Shown in pieces: positions 23,760-38,995 of a stretch of 64,000 nucleotides of DNA. The stretch comes from Octopus sinensis. Taxonomy: Eukaryota. The notes beneath the pieces were generated by a model that saw nothing but the letters and a program-made list of their open reading frames with translations, was not told the origin of the DNA and ran no database searches. A program made the position numbers and the translations under genes. Numbering within the stretch: the first letter of the stretch is position 1; every line of letters begins with the position of its first letter. The DNA lies in the NCBI RefSeq assembly GCF_006345805.1, contig NC_043002.1, forward strand, positions 73,842,001 through 73,906,000, in the 5' to 3' direction.

Positions 23760-24160
23760 GAGAGGTGGTTCTATGGATATGAAGTTCACTCCATAACCAT
23801 GTGGTTTGGGGTTCAATCTCTCAGCATGACACCCTGAGCAAATGCCTTCCACTGTAGTCTAAGACTGACCATATGCCTTATGAGTAGAATTGGTAGATGG
23901 AGACTGTATGGAAACCTATTGCATATAACATGTTTATGAGCATGTGCTTGCAAATGTTGATACTTCATGGCTTCATTACCATAGCCTGAGCAAAAAGGTG
24001 ACGTTTACATTCTCTACTGATTACATTAGTCTGTAATTTCAAATCAAGATCCCTCACTGAAAGCATGTGAGGATTAGTAACAGAAATGGCATCCAGCTAC
24101 AAAATTATGTCTCGATTAAGTCTCCATCCAACCTATGCTAGCATGGAAAAACAGATGTAA
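23760..24160 (+). mobile_element. tRNA-derived SINE with RTE-type tail
   Basis: B-box-like ggttcaatc, conserved body (gcctt.tgagt.ga.ttggtaga.gga.actg), tail cc.atgctagcatggaaaa. Confidence 0.7.
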
Positions 24161-25449
24161 AGCAAGAGATATGTATTTAGGTGTGTGTGTGTGTGTATAA
24201 AGACACACACACATATACACATACACACATGTATCTATATATAAATACACTAAGAGAGTAATTTATGAAGCATAAATCGATTCCACTAGCACCAATGGAA
24301 GCACTGAAAACAAGAATATAATGGAATGCCTGAAGGAACAAAGACTAAACTCTGAAGAGGCAGACCAAAATAAATAAATAAAAGCATATCAAGCAAAGAG
24401 CTAAAGAGATTTAATTTTCGACTGTAAACCCACAATGTGAGAATGCATTATTTTATCTTAAAGGATGCCGAGTAAGGTGCAAAGTATTTTTTCTAATATG
24501 TAGCAATGTTTTTAGACTGTCCAGAAAAACAGTTTACAGCAATCTTCTCAGATAATTGCTTAGAAAAAACTGAATAACTCAAAAACCTTCTACTTCTTCA
24601 ATAACAGAAGATCCCGATGACTCTCACAGAAAAAAGTGCTTCTCCAAAGAAATTTACAAGAGATTACTTTTTTTCTCAATAATTTCCTTTTATGCACCAT
24701 CTTGCTGTCTTTTATCTTAGCTAGAAAGCCTGTCAGAAAGTGTGTGTGTGTTTTCAATCAGTAATCTATAATTATTTATTCTTAAAATCTTTCATTTGCT
24801 ATTTTAAATTTGAGTGAACAAGTGTATGTGCATGTGTAGATGTATGAAGCCCGAAAATCGTGTTGGATTATTTCCCTTTAATGATATGTGCCAAACCAAC
24901 AATAAACAAAATGATCACATGGATTGAAATTGCCCATGAATTTAATTGATATGAATGATGTTGCTGATGACAGATATGGTAATGATGTTAGTGATTAATT
25001 TCATGCAACTATCTAATTCATGTAGGGAAGCATGTACGCAGAGAGATCAACTTTCAACAGTCATGATACACTGTTCTCACTTTTTCCTCCTATTACGCAA
25101 TTTTTCATATCTATGTTTAACATTCACATTAACAAAATTACATCTCAAACAGGTTCTTTTTCTTTATGTGTGTAGATATTCCACATAAGATATGATTATT
25201 CTACTATAATATACAGTTCACACATCTAAAATAGTGCCTGCATTACATGTAATCACATTTTCTGGACCAGATTAAAAATAATATTAATTCAAAGTAATCC
25301 AGCCGAGATAAACTATACTTAATACTTTTCAACAAGTTTTTGCAGTTTTCTCCTCTACTGAGCTGTGTTCTCTCTCTCTCTGTCCCAACCTCTCTCATGC
25401 CTACTACAAAAGTGTGTGTCACATTTGTTTTTTAACAAGACAGCCATAT

Positions 25450-26700
25450 CATTGCAAAGCTTCTGAGACTAACATAGGCAATATTTTGCTTGAACATGTG
25501 TGGACCCATGTTTGCAAGGTGAGCAAACAAGACTCTCCAGAGGATTACAATTCTGGGGAGTAAGGATCAGGAGATGTGTTGTGTATGAGCTGGGAAATGA
25601 GACACAATTAGGTGAAGTGAGACAGGTGGGATTAGTACACCTGGGTGGTGAGGAACTAATAATTATTATAAATGTCCACAGAAGAAGCAGAGATAGGAAA
25701 CCACATGTCTGAGATTCGGTGGTTGAAGTGTTTTTATGAGTGATTCTTTGCCAATCAGTTGATTAACCTTCTTTTAGATCTAATTAAGGTCTCTGTGTCT
25801 GCACACAAATATGCTGCAATGATGGTCTTATAGATTTCAAGAGTGAAATATTTCTTGGCTCTAACGAAGAATCTTAGCCAGCAAGAAGACAGCTTGGTAA
25901 CATTGCAAAGGCTTAGGGTACACCAGAGTTGATAGAATGTGGGTTAGAGAGAGAGTCCTGTTGGCACATGCTGCATTACTTCAGCGTAACAGGAGGCTTC
26001 CAATCCAAAAGAGAAAAAAAAAAAAAGGAGATGGAGTCTTTAGGCAGGTACCTTCATCAGAAGGTTCTCATGCCAGACACAGTAAAAAATCAAAACTAGG
26101 CTATGTAGTGAGGTACATGATACTACTACAGAATTATTGGACAGCGGAGGAAAGGTCATGTTGTTCAATTACAGAAAAGAAACAATTTTCTTTTCTCCCA
26201 GTACAGAGCAGAACTTGTAAAGAACAACAGTGCATTTCCTCAAGGCTAAGGGATTGCTGGTGAGGGACACAGGAGAGTAAGTCTTTGGTAAATCTGGCTG
26301 TATGGAAGATAAACTGATTGTTGCTGAGAAAGGAGAGAGACTACAGTGATGAACATAATTGTTAACCATTTCCATTACATCTGAGAGGTTAATAGATTAC
26401 AGGGTCATAGAGGTTGGTCATTTGGATACAAAACACATTCTAGTGTATTTCCAAAAATTGACATAGACTTCTTGAAGAATCTGACAAAGACAAGAAGAGC
26501 TAACTTTAAAGTGTACAGTTTGAAAGTGAAAGGATACCACTGGGTCGTTTGTCTTGGTAAATCTCAATGATTACAGGCATTCATGGAAGCAGTGAGTGTG
26601 AGACTGAGAGTAGAGAAAGAATAGTTTGAGAGAAGTTTTGTTGGGGTATGTAATATCAGGTTGGATACAATGTGAACAGCAAATGCAGAAGCTTTTCCAT
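25450..26700 (-). mobile_element. Highly decayed CR1/Jockey-group LINE RT fragment
   Basis: Minus-strand remnants LLSNNQF.FHTARFTKDLL, WIGSLL, HSINSGVP* (SGVPQG motif); boundaries approximate. Confidence 0.55.
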
Positions 26701-29404
26701 TTGTATTTTCTCTTGTTACCTTTTCTGAGTTTTATCCTCTAGATCCCATATTAGGTGCTTAATCCAGTCTTCCTTCCTCAGAACTTTCTCCTTAGCTATG
26801 CTTTTCTCTCAACAGCTCACTCATCTTCAAATTCAAACAGCATCAATCTCACACACTTGTGAAACCTAAACTGTGTCTTCAAATTTAGGGAATATATGAA
26901 AAAGATAGGCCACTACCTCATTCCCTAAGACTAAATCATCATAAAAAAATATTATAGATCCCCCCATCCCAATGATTATGTTTCCCAACTACTATCAATA
27001 TGAAATTCTAAAATACACAACCATTTCTCTTCCATTCTAACAATTTTTTCCCCCAAATATTTTTGTTTCTAAAATATTCCTGACTTTTTGGACAACCTGG
27101 AACTATTTAAAAAAATTTTCTATGATAGATCATCATTTAAATTCTCAATATTTCTTACACATTCATCAAATATTATTTTGCTTCAAAATTTGATGAATAC
27201 ATTAGTTAGCATTTGAAGAATTTACATATTGCAAACAATTTTATTTTTTGTAAAGTTATATGAAAAGAATATTTAAGCAGAACATGTAGATAAATATTCA
27301 AGTCCTTCATTTCCTTTGCAACTAATTCAATTATTAATAGCAACTGTCTGAATAAAAGATTTTATCTATTGCTTCCATCTCATTATAACAGGCTATCTTC
27401 TTCAAATCTTGTTCTGTATCAAGCATGTTAGTATTTGAAACCTTGAATTTGGTTCTTTGATATATTTTCCTTTGGCTTACATCTTTCTACTGGATTTTGA
27501 AGGTAATGACACTTTACATTTAAACCATATTTACTAACCACATCCTTTAAATGGTATTTTTAAATCTATTTCAATCAGCTATAATTTTTTTTTCCCCAAA
27601 TATAAGTAAGTTCCCATAAATATCCAAGATGGAATTCTGCTAATCAGACTTGTGAATAAGAAATTGGATGTAAAGAAAAGACACACAGACTTGAACTTGA
27701 TATATTTAGTGATTTTTTTTTATATTTAAGTAGGTTAAACTCTAGGTACATTAGTAATGTTAACCACAGTAGAAATAATCTATCCGGAAATAAAATACTT
27801 CAAGAATACATAAATATTATCTACTTCAATTTAAACAAATTTAACTATTTTTCTATTAGCAATTTCTAATTTAAGCTTATTTTATAAAATAAATTGTACT
27901 ATAGCTGCTGAAGTTGCTTCTAGTAGGGATCTATCTACCTGCTGTTGTTAATATAATCTAACTAAAGAATTCTACTAAAAATTAAAAGTCAAAAGGTTGA
28001 GATGATATTAAGATTATTAAAGTATTTAAAATATATAATTTTATCTAAATTTTTAAAGATAGAATTATATATACAGTAGAAAATATATATCTTTACATCT
28101 AATTACTTCATATTAAATAAAACATATACTAAAAGACATTGTCTAGTCAGTGCTGTTTTTGGTATAGAGTCTCAAGTATTTTGATGAAACCAATGAAACA
28201 CCAACAGAAAGAGAAATTTAAAAATAGCAATAACACAGAAAGCACAAAGAATAGCCCCATTACATTAAAGAAGCCACACCATGTAAGTATACACAACATC
28301 AAACAGTTTGGTTATGTAAAACAAAACTTACCAGAAGCCAATCAGATTAGTAGCATTCAATGATCCAAAGTGAAGCAGCATAAGAGGGAAATTAGAACAT
28401 GTGAGATTCAACAATAAATTATGACGAAGACACAAAGTATGATGGTAAATTGATATTTATTTTGGATGGAATAGGTTAGCATTTTGTGTAAATCAAGAAT
28501 TCAAGCACGACAACCTCTTGTAAAATATTAAGTAAAAAAAAGTAACCATAACCAGAGTTTCTACTGAAAAGAAGAGATGATAAAAGTATGGCTAGAATTA
28601 TTGATGCAAAGAATACTGTAAATAGCAACAATTAAGTATTATTAAGGCTTTAAATGTTATGTATGTTGGGAGGGATTATATAATTAGATTCATACCATGT
28701 TAATATTAGCATTCCTCACTGGGTGTGATAGACATTTAGAAACCTATTCCTATATATGAGATTACTCATATCCATTTAGATACTTACATAAGAAATGGCA
28801 TGGATGTAACAATACGCATATAATGGGTTCTACAGACTCCATAAGTATATACTGAGTACTTTAATGTTTACACACATAAATCCCAAAACATACAGCATGC
28901 ACACATGAGTAACATTATTCATAAAATATTACATAAACACCAGCAGCAATAATATATATAACACAAATTACTTTGAATATGTCAATGAGTGTATATAATT
29001 CTAAATATCATACATAAAAGTATATAAACAACTGGGTGTTTAAGACCTGTTGGTAGTTACCAAAGCAGGGGTGAGACTATTATCAACCATCACCCATGCT
29101 AACTACTTACTATAAAATATAGGAAATAATAGTCATGTTTTATACCTTGAATATAAGACAAATTCATTTATGGGAGAGACGTAATATTAAAATATCAATT
29201 TATATGCAGATATATACAGTATGTTTACAGTAACATTCATTAACAAAGGGTTTCCATCAGTTGAGTTTAACCATGCATTTGCATGTGTATGTGCAGTTCT
29301 GAGGAAGACTGTCGTTTTTCATGCATACTAGTCTTCCCTCTTGATGTCATCAATGGAGAAGCTGTCAGCTTTGACCAATACAGCTTGGCATCAATATTAC
29401 CACA

Positions 29405-29990
29405 AGCATAGCTGGCAGAATCATTAGCACCATGGGCAGAATGCTTAGCAGCATCTCATCTGTCTTTACATTCTAAGTTCAAACTCTGCCAAGGTCAACT
29501 TTGCTGTTCATCCTTTCAGGTTCAATAAAGTAAGTACCAGTTGAGCACTGGGGTCAAGGTAATCGACATCCCCAAACCTGCTGGCCTTGAGCCAAAATTT
29601 GAAATCAATACTACCACAGGTGTTGCTGCCAGAACACACACTACAAGGCATTTTGTCTGCTCCTTAACTGTTTTGCCAATTCAATGTTCTGGATTGGTAT
29701 TTTTATATCAACCCTGAAAGGATGAAAGCCAGAATTGGCCTTGGCAGGATTTGAACTTGGAAATGCAGAAAGTCAGAACAAATACTGTAAGGCATTCTAT
29801 CCAACATTCTAATCACTGCCAATTCACTGCCTTAACATTGATTAACATTTTCAAATTCCACTGAGGTCTATTTTGATTTTCATCCTTTCAGGATCAATAA
29901 AACAAGTACTAGTTAAAAATCAGTCGATGTAATTGGTTTATCCCCACCCGCGAAATTGCTGGCCTTGTGCCAAAATTTGAAATCAATATT
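29405..29990. mobile_element. Cluster of three SINEs (+,-,+) with a Meta/MESC-like core
   Basis: Core ttcatcctttcagg.tcaataaa..aagtac at ~29507 and ~29879 (+), reverse complement at ~29696-29730; B-box-like gttcaaa. Confidence 0.75.
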
Positions 29991-30080
29991 AAAAGTAACT
30001 TAACATATTTACCTCCCTTGAAACATTCTGCTAGTTTGTAAGTAATGGTAAATTAAGAGGCCTACCTTTCACAGTATATA

Positions 30081-30158
30081 CAGGGTGGCCCAAAATTCAC
30101 TCTACCACTTAATACATAAAAATATATTAAACAGTACCTTAAATTTTGGGTCACCCTG
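30081..30158. mobile_element. 78-bp Tc1/mariner-type MITE
   Basis: TA on both sides; TIR CAGGGTGGCCCAAAATT matches at 16/17. Confidence 0.85.
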
Positions 30159-30299
30159 TACATACACACCACATTCGTTTCTGATCTACTCTGGAGTGAT
30201 GATAGGAGTTAAAAAGTAGGGTCATGTCGTTAGTCAACAAGATGACAAAAACTTAGTGTTAGAAGCTAATGAAATTGAAACACTGATAAATCTAAGTGC

Positions 30300-30535
30300 T
30301 CTTCAGTGAAGGTGTTTGGTGCAGTAATTTGAGTGTTGGGTTCACTATTGCTAGGTCATCAGTTAGATTCTCAGACTGGGCAACGTGATATGCTCTTGAC
30401 TAAGGCACTTCATTTCACATTACTGCTGTTCATTCAGTTGACTCTGTAATCGATTGGCATTTCATTCATGGGGTGGGGATCTTGTACTCTCAGTTGCTTA
30501 AACTCCAAGGAAAACAGGATAAGCTCCAGCCTAAT
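30300..30535 (+). mobile_element. V-SINE-like element
   Basis: gattggcatttcattcatgggg...ggataagctccagcct resembles the V-domain SINE 3' part; related minus-strand copy at ~8750-8995. Confidence 0.5.
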
Positions 30536-32358
30536 AGATGTGTAGCTACTAAACAAACTTTAGACAATGGGCTTCATTAAGTTATGTTACTGAGGAGAAA
30601 TGAACTAGTCTTTTAAAAATTAAATGTCTTATCCAGAGAACATAATGATATGAAAATACAAACTGCCAAGTACTAATTGGGTGATCAGTGGCCATCAATT
30701 CAGCTCTTTAGACCACTGTTGTAGTAAGGTCAGTACTAAGGTACTGGGTGAAATTTTTTTATGAAAATTACACCTGGAATGAAGAGAAATAATAGCTTAA
30801 AGATCATTCTGGATCAGAATGGATTGTTTAGCTAACAACTTCTCCTCATTGAGCTTAGCGTTTGGTTTCTATGTAGAACATGTTTGAGCATTTTACCATG
30901 GATCTTAAGTCCTTATGTCTATGCTACTACCATTGCTGCTTACAAAATTAAATTTCCTGAAAATGCCAACAAGTCAAGAAACATTAGAACAATTAATCCA
31001 GTGAAATAAATGTGGATCCTTTCTTATAAATCAAGGTTCATTTCAAAATTACAGCATTCTTTCTACAAATTAGTTTTGAAAATAAAATAAAACTGCTTAT
31101 AAATCTAAAGTCAATTTACAATACCTTGGAAAGAATGGTATTGTAAAATATTTGAATTTACAGATAGTTTTATAATGTAAATAGGCAAACTTCTGATGAA
31201 GTGATCAAGGAAATACCATGGGAACTAATGTCTTATTTCTTAACAAACCACTTCTCTTACTATTTCTTTAAATAAGACATAATTAAAACTTAAGTGTACA
31301 GTATATTAAAAACTAAGCAGTTGATTTTATTTTATATTTAACACTGTTTACAAAGACATAGTACTCTTCCAAAGAATTACCTATGTTTAAGTAAGATAAC
31401 TGTATTATAGGTTATTCTCATGCAAGTATTTAAGCTTTTCACTGCATGTTAATGAAACACTAATCAATTAAGATGTGTGTTCATGCTGTTGACTGCAAAA
31501 AAACTATTGACAGCTAAGTGAAATTACTGAATGAGTGTTCAGTACTTTTGCTTAGAAGACAGTGCAACACAAGTGTTAGTGCATCTAATGCTACTTATTT
31601 AGTCAGTAGACTGCAGTTTATGAACACTACCAACTACAAAAATTTTTAATCAACATGCTAAAAGTAATGATTAGTGGATTAATTCACAAGAAATAAAAGA
31701 AACAATCAATAATATTCTCCCCAGAGTTAGAAAAAGATCACAAAAGAGTGAATGTATAAGTTAATTAATAAATGATTTATTATGTTGGTGGCTAGTGTCT
31801 ACAGTAAGCAAACCAAGCAATCCAGTTAAAACTGAAAATATTATTTCAATCCTCTGGATCATACTGTATTTTGTTGTGCAAATAAAATTGCCAAAAAAAA
31901 ACCCAAATTAAGTCTAAATTTTAACTTGAAAAAAGTTTTACGATATGATAATTACATTTATACAAAAAGCAGACATAGAGGAAAAGGCAAACAGCAATTA
32001 AATGTGAATAAAACAACTTCTTCAGTTTAAAACCAGCAATTAAGAAATTAAACTGCAAAGACATCCATAGCAGTGCAAATCTTATTCAGTTAGAAGTATC
32101 AAATATAGAACATGATCAGAAAAAGATCTAATTTGGTAACACAAAATAATCTTTTGAAGTTCTTAAGAGCAACCAACGTAATTAACAATAAATAATAATA
32201 TAAAGGATATAAAACAAAGATACGAGCTGAATTTAGTGTCTAAGTCTGGAATGTATGATCAATAATTTTTAAGTAAAGAAGAATAATTTAAGATCGCACC
32301 ATTTCAAAAAAATATTTTGATACTTAGAAACAAAGTTTCTTTTTGAATAATTACTCAC

Positions 32359-32389
32359 CCTCCTTAGCACGTGATCGCCTTTTCTCAGC
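32359..32389 (-). CDS. APBA1: 31-nt small exon, phase 0-1 (AEKRRSRAKE)
   Basis: ttttgtttgtcttttcag|GCTGAG...AAGGAGG|gtgagt; supplies the phase 0 to 1 change needed to enter the PTB exon; basic patch before the PTB. Confidence 0.85.
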
Positions 32390-34689
32390 CTGAAAAGACA
32401 AACAAAATTGCGTAAGTTACAAAACTATTTTCTAATAAATAAAAGAACCAAGATATATAAAACTTTCATTAACATAATAAATATTTCTTTTGGATAATAT
32501 ATATTTCTCACAATAACATAAAGCTACAAAGCTGATGGGAAGGTGCTTAGTGAACTGAACTGACACTAATATATGGTTAGTACTTATTTTCTTGAATTAA
32601 AAAGTATTAAAGGCACTAATTAGTGAGATTTGAATTCAGAATAAAACTGAACACTATAAAGCATTAAATCTACTGAAAAGAAACACAATTAAGATCAATG
32701 AATGTGAATGATGGAGAGAGCTAGAGTTGTTATCAAAATGTAACACGTACAATCCATTAAGAATAATACATTTGACTTGAAACTAGAATGAAAATACATA
32801 ATAAAAGTTTTTTTTAAAAAGCCCTAGAAACCACTGTCATAAATGGAGAGTAAAAAAAACACAAACTGAATATAGTTTTATGACTGCGTATGGATCTAAT
32901 TTTCAGCAATAACTTTAGTTTTATAAATAAGAAGCAAACAATGTTCAATGAAATAATCTAAATGTAATTAGTGATGTAATGTAGTTAGAGTGAAGAATTA
33001 TACAACAGATTGTAGACATCTAATATACACATAAGCAACAAATAAACTACATGTATGCAAACACATATACACACTTTCAAAAACACCATTATCACCATAT
33101 TTATAGTCACTGACCATGTGATCCTCATTTTAATTAATTTCCCATTGGTTTTAATATGTTGGCATGTATTAAATGATATATATATCACGGGTCAATTCAT
33201 ATGTAAGTACATATCTAAAGACTTCTTTCAGTTGCGTATATCAGAAAATAAAAGCTCCTTAACACAATTAAATTATAATTTTTTAAATAGAACTATAATT
33301 TATAATCCTTACAATTCAATTTTACTCATATTTGCTTGAAAAAAAGTCAATGATAAAATTACAAACTACAGCAGTGAAGCTTATAATAAAGATCTTTGAA
33401 ATTGAAAACAGATTTTATTGGCAACAAAATATTTTTAAAGTTGATTGTATTTAACTTATCAATGGCATCTACTTCATCATCATTATTCTTCATAGTACTA
33501 TTCTTTTCACTACCCTAATATTTGGTTTCATGTCACTCTCCAAATCTGACAAGCTACCAATATAACACTTTGTTCTTTTTAGACTAGATTCTTTACAACC
33601 AAAAATCTGAGTATATTCAGTTTTGGCAAGTAATGATTTCCTGGATAACTGCTAATTATTTTGTTAATCATTCAACTAATTTTCACAAAGTTTATTTGTT
33701 AAAATTACCCACTGGGATTGTTCTTAACAACACATACATAAGATAAAAAAAAATAAAACAATGCTGGTTACAATGAAATTGCCACTTATAAAGTTTCCAA
33801 ACAAAAGGAGTACAATAATCTTTCATTTATATGTCCAGAGCTTCCTACTATTGTTTCAATGTATTTATTCAAAGTAAATTACTACAGTACATGATTCTGA
33901 GGATATAAAAGTACAGTGTAATTCTTGTGGAAAATCAATAAGTTACAGAAAATTCCACTCAAATTATAATTGTAACTAAGAGAACAAAGAAAAAAAGTGA
34001 AACTATCTGATACATAAAAGGCAGTTTATTTCTGGTATATAGAAACCAAATCTTTATATAAGTGCGAAAATATCAATGAAAATTACACTAACACAACATG
34101 AAAATTTTAAAAAAAAGACTACAATACACTAATTTAATTTATATATTTCAAGTGACAATAAAACACTCTTAGTCCATGCTGTGGAGTTGTTGGTGATAGA
34201 GAGGGTATCCATCTGCAAAAACCATGCCAAAATGAAAGAGCAAGGGAAGGAAGAGTAGAACAGACTCTTTAATCCCACTGCTAACAATCAAGACTGTTTA
34301 GTCACACTAGACAATTGCTCTAGTGTTTGCAGCATGAAAAAATACATTTAGTTCACACTGTAAAATGGTTGATGATAAGAAGGACATCAAGCCTTAAAAA
34401 TCATGCCAAAAATACCATGACATACAGCATAACAAATATTGTCAGTTTTTCTCTGTTGCTGTGCATGCCAAATGACAAAGGACTATAACAAGAGACAAGA
34501 CACTGAGACCGATAGAATCCATGCCAGCATGGAAAAATGGATGGATAGTGAATGATGGTGATAATGATGATAACAATAATGATGGTGATGATATCCCAAA
34601 CTGCTTTGCTTTAAAATGATACTATTGGAGGAACTACATAGTTGTCTTTTCTAAACAGTTATGTATGAAGTGCAATATTACATAGTGAA

Positions 34690-34990
34690 ACATAGACACT
34701 GAATACAGAATATGTGCAGAAGAAATGAAGCAAGCATGCTCTGTTGGATGTGTAATGTTAATGTGCATGAAAATTGGAGTACAAATGAGCTGAGAGAAAA
34801 CACGAGAAATCAGATGAAAGGGAAAGGATACGTGATGCACATGGAAGATACCAGAAGGGAAACCACCCCACCAAAAAAAACATGAGAAGAAATAGCAAAG
34901 GCTGATCTCAGATTGCTGGATCTCATAAAGGAGATGATAATGGGCCATATGTGGTAAGATACAGTACAAGAGAAAACTCAGTCAACTCAC
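34690..34990 (+). mobile_element. Old RTE ORF 3' fragment
   Basis: agaaatgaagcaagcatgctctgttggatgtgtaatg (RNEASML.WMCN) and later segments align by eye to 20440-20770. Confidence 0.7.
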
Positions 34991-37900
34991 AGAAAAACAA
35001 ATAAAAAAGGATGATGGTCATGTTAACTGATGTGAATCATACAAATCCACACATGTTCAGAAGCATATCTAAAGAAATATAATAGACATACATATTCAAA
35101 CACACATATATACATAAATATAAATGTCGATTCCATATCAGTATTTCCTAATCACTGCAATGCGAGGAATTAATATAAAATTTGCCATACCTAACATACA
35201 CACACGCACAAATGCATGTACATGACCACACTAAATTTTAAAATTAATCTTTCCACCCTGTCCTTATTCCAAACCCATCCTAAAAACAAGTATCTTTTAT
35301 ACTTGGGTGAACGTGTTTTTTTTTTGGGGGGGGGGGGGGAATCCCCAATACAAGGGACATAACTCCAATAGGCAACCTATTCTTTTCCATAGGTTTGATT
35401 TCAATGATTTCTGCCCTTAATGTTGTTTCAATTTTGAACAACAGCCAAGAGACCAATAGATCAGATGATACCTTTTCATGCCTCCAGTAACAATGAGTGC
35501 ATACCATACTATTCCTTTCAGCCATTTCCAATGATTGCTGGAGTTGGTTTTCTACCTCTGATATGAAATCATTCAGTAATTTGGTTGTCAGGAAATTTAT
35601 AATATAATCTTATAATAATAATAATAATAATACACATATACACATATATGATCATTTAACATCCTATTTTCTATGCTTGTATGGGTCAAACAGACTTTGT
35701 TGAAGTAGATTATCTACAGCCTGATGCCTATCTTTTCACCAAGTAAGGTAAATATATCCTCAAACCAAGACATGTTTTTTACAGAAGAATGGAAACAAAG
35801 AACCTTTCTTGTATGACAATGATGCACATTTACAACCATCTACCTAATCTACTCAGGTTTTCGTCAGCCCAAAGCTAGAGTAGAAAAGGCATGCCCAAGG
35901 TGCTCTGCAATGTGACTGAACCCAAGACCACATGAGTGGGAAGTAAGCTTCTTAACCACACAACCACCGTATATGTATCACTGTCATACAACTAGTGTCA
36001 TTCATTGCCAATATTTTATGAAAACATATCCAGCCACAGGAAAATATTACCTTGCTAGAACATAGGTGAGGCTTAGTGACAAGAAAGACATCTGGTCATA
36101 AGAAATCTGCCTCAACAAACCCCATCAGCCCCATGCAAGCATGGAAATATGAACATTATGATGATGATGACACACATTACTGATATGTGCCTGTAGTATA
36201 ATAAAGGTTACTGTAGAGTACACCCAAAGATTCTAACCACCACTGCATTCATAAATCAAATTAATTAAATTTACTAGACACAGTAGAAAGGCATAGATAT
36301 TTGTCACATTCACTATATAGTTTCATTGTGGACAGTAAGAGAAGGATTGACTGGAAGATGCTGTCTCTAGTTCTTGAGTGTAGTGATGGTTAAAATCTTT
36401 GGGTATACCCAATAGCAACATTTAGTATGGAAAATAAATACTGCCGGAACATCAGCAGCTGTAAATACAATTTTGTAAGGGTTATAAAATGTATGTGTTG
36501 TCCAGTCGATCCATCTTGTACTGATTAATTTAAGTAATTTGCAAACAAAATGATGGTTAAAATTTTTAGATATTACTCATTAGCTAATACACACACACAC
36601 ACACACACACGTATAAACACACTACCTTAAAGGTAGGTATTTTGGGCACTGATATTGTGTTTTGCATCTTATGATTATTTAGTGTGTTATTTTCTATGTG
36701 TAGGTGTGTGAACCATAAAATATGATAGGTTCACTGCAAATTTGAGGTCAAAGTCTGTTTCTTTTACAGTGTTCAAGGATTGTTGTCAAATTTCTGTGTT
36801 AAAATAGGATAAAGAGAAGGAGGGAAAGAAGGAGAGATGAATGGACAGAAAGGAGAGATGGAGGGAAGGATGGACAGAGGGAGGAATAGAAGATGGACAT
36901 AATTATCATCAGTTCACACATGATTTTCATGCTAGTATGAATTAGATGGGTTATCACAATCTAAGTTTTTACTCAACACATGATCAGGAGACTGGTCATG
37001 TTTTATTTTGGCATGGTTCTTGTAGCTGGATGCCCTTCCTAACACTGGAATACTTTATAGAATGTACAAGATGCACTATCAGAACTAGAGGCAGTATCAT
37101 GTCTCCAACTGCACAACGCTGATCCTCTCAGCTCTGTAATATCTCTACTCTTTCAACAACCTCTCTACAGAATGTACTGGGAGCCTTTTATTACAACACC
37201 AACACTAGCAAAGTTGTTTTGTACTCTGCAAGGCAAAAGGGGATCATAATGAATCTATATTGTCTCCATTTATTCAGTGCAACGTCACCAATAGTGTAGG
37301 GAGGAAGAAGGTTGTTTGCCAAAGATTAACTAAGGTGAGAGAGAGAAAGAGAGTATGAAAGGAGAAACAGTGACTGAGGTGATAGTGTGGAGGAGGAAAG
37401 GGACATTTTGGAGACAGTGTTACAGGTATAGTGAAGAGAGACAAGATGTAGAGATGTAGTAGTGGCATTTGGTAGTGGGAGAGAGACATTAATGGTAGCT
37501 ACATATCTGCAAGTATGACAGAATGAATAAGGAATAGTCATAGAAATTATCATTATAAAGAGAATGTGATGTATGTCAATAATAGGGGACCTATAAAAAG
37601 TGAGTGATAGCTTGCAATATACAAGGGATGATGTTAACAGGTAAGAGACAGTACAAGAGATGGATATTTGATAATAATTTAGATGACTCTCTCTCTTAAT
37701 CTTTAAAGCCTTTGTAAAGGGGTTATTAACAAAAAACAGAACTAATTCAATATTTATAAAGTAAGATTTCAATATCTTTGTTATTGCTATTTTTGATATA
37801 TGTATTCATTATAAGTATGCATACATTGTACATATGGTTCTGAAACGATACACAATGGGAGGTATATTAGATGAACTGCAGACATTTAAATATATAATTT

Positions 37901-38351
37901 CAGGCTTTAGAATATTAGTAGTAATGCTTGAACATCTTGACAAAACATGTATTTATAATTTTGTTAGACTGAAGTACAATAAATAAGATGAGGTAAGCAA
38001 TAATTTCATACATGTTTATCTTTGAAGCTACTTTGTTTAAACTTTCCATAATTTTTAATTTTCTATGCAAGCTGCACCAATAATATTTGGGGTTTGATTT
38101 TCAGTACAGCACTAAGATAAAAAAACAAAACAATTGGGAATCATTCACTGATCTGTGTATTTATTACACGTGTGATGTAAGAGGTGAATAAAGTGTTGAT
38201 GACAGGAAGGGCATCTAGTCAACTGCCTCTACAATGGAACCATGATGAGTATAATACAAAATGGAAAAGATTGTTACGGAGTCCACAAGTCTAACCTCTT
38301 AGCAAAGAGAAAATATTCACCACTGTTGGATATTTTATATATAATTTTTAT

Positions 38352-38392
<41 letters not shown>

Positions 38393-38589
38393 CGATATAA
38401 TATACATACACTTACATACATGCACTCAAATGTTTGTACGTAACACAAATTCTAAAAGGTGCCTAAAATTATTTTGAGTGAAGCCAGTCTATGTAAGAAA
38501 AGAAAATAAATAACCATAGAGAAAACTACAATTTGAGTGACAACAAAGTGTAAGGAATAAACATGGCTATAAAGTACACAAAATCTCAC

Positions 38590-38607
38590 CATATTCTTCT
38601 TCACAGG
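38590..38607 (-). CDS. APBA1: 18-nt microexon, phase 0-0 (PVKKNM)
   Basis: ttttttttttgtctcttag|CCTGTGAAGAAGAATATG|gtgaga; frame-preserving between two phase-0 junctions. Confidence 0.75.
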
Positions 38608-38995
38608 CTAAGAGACAAAAAAAAAATAATGTCTTAAAATGTTTTGTGAAAATTTAAGTTGAGGCATAATGTGTAATCTATGTCATACAAAATACTTCAA
38701 GAAAATGAGATAAAAAGTAAAATTTTTAAAAATATATATAATAATAATAATTTAAAATTCAATAAGAAAAAAATCAATTATCTTTAAAAAATTTATGATA
38801 TATATATATATATATGTAAATATATATTGGAAGTAGGGAGTGGGGAGGGAAAATTTCCAGAAACTAGAGATACTGAACTTTGATTTAATTTTAATCCCAA
38901 AACAGATAAATGTGTTTAATCATATGAATGAGTGAATTATAACAAAATATATTTTGGTATGACATATGCTATATTTAAAAAAAGAAATAACTCAC

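Noticed and set aside
23760-23840. tRNA-like B box
   Set aside because: SINE head; no cloverleaf.
28326-28515. Strong minus-strand donor CTG|GTAAGT with a long AG-free upstream region
   Set aside because: No matching acceptor; the upstream ATG frame ends in phase 2, incompatible with the phase-1 PTB exon.
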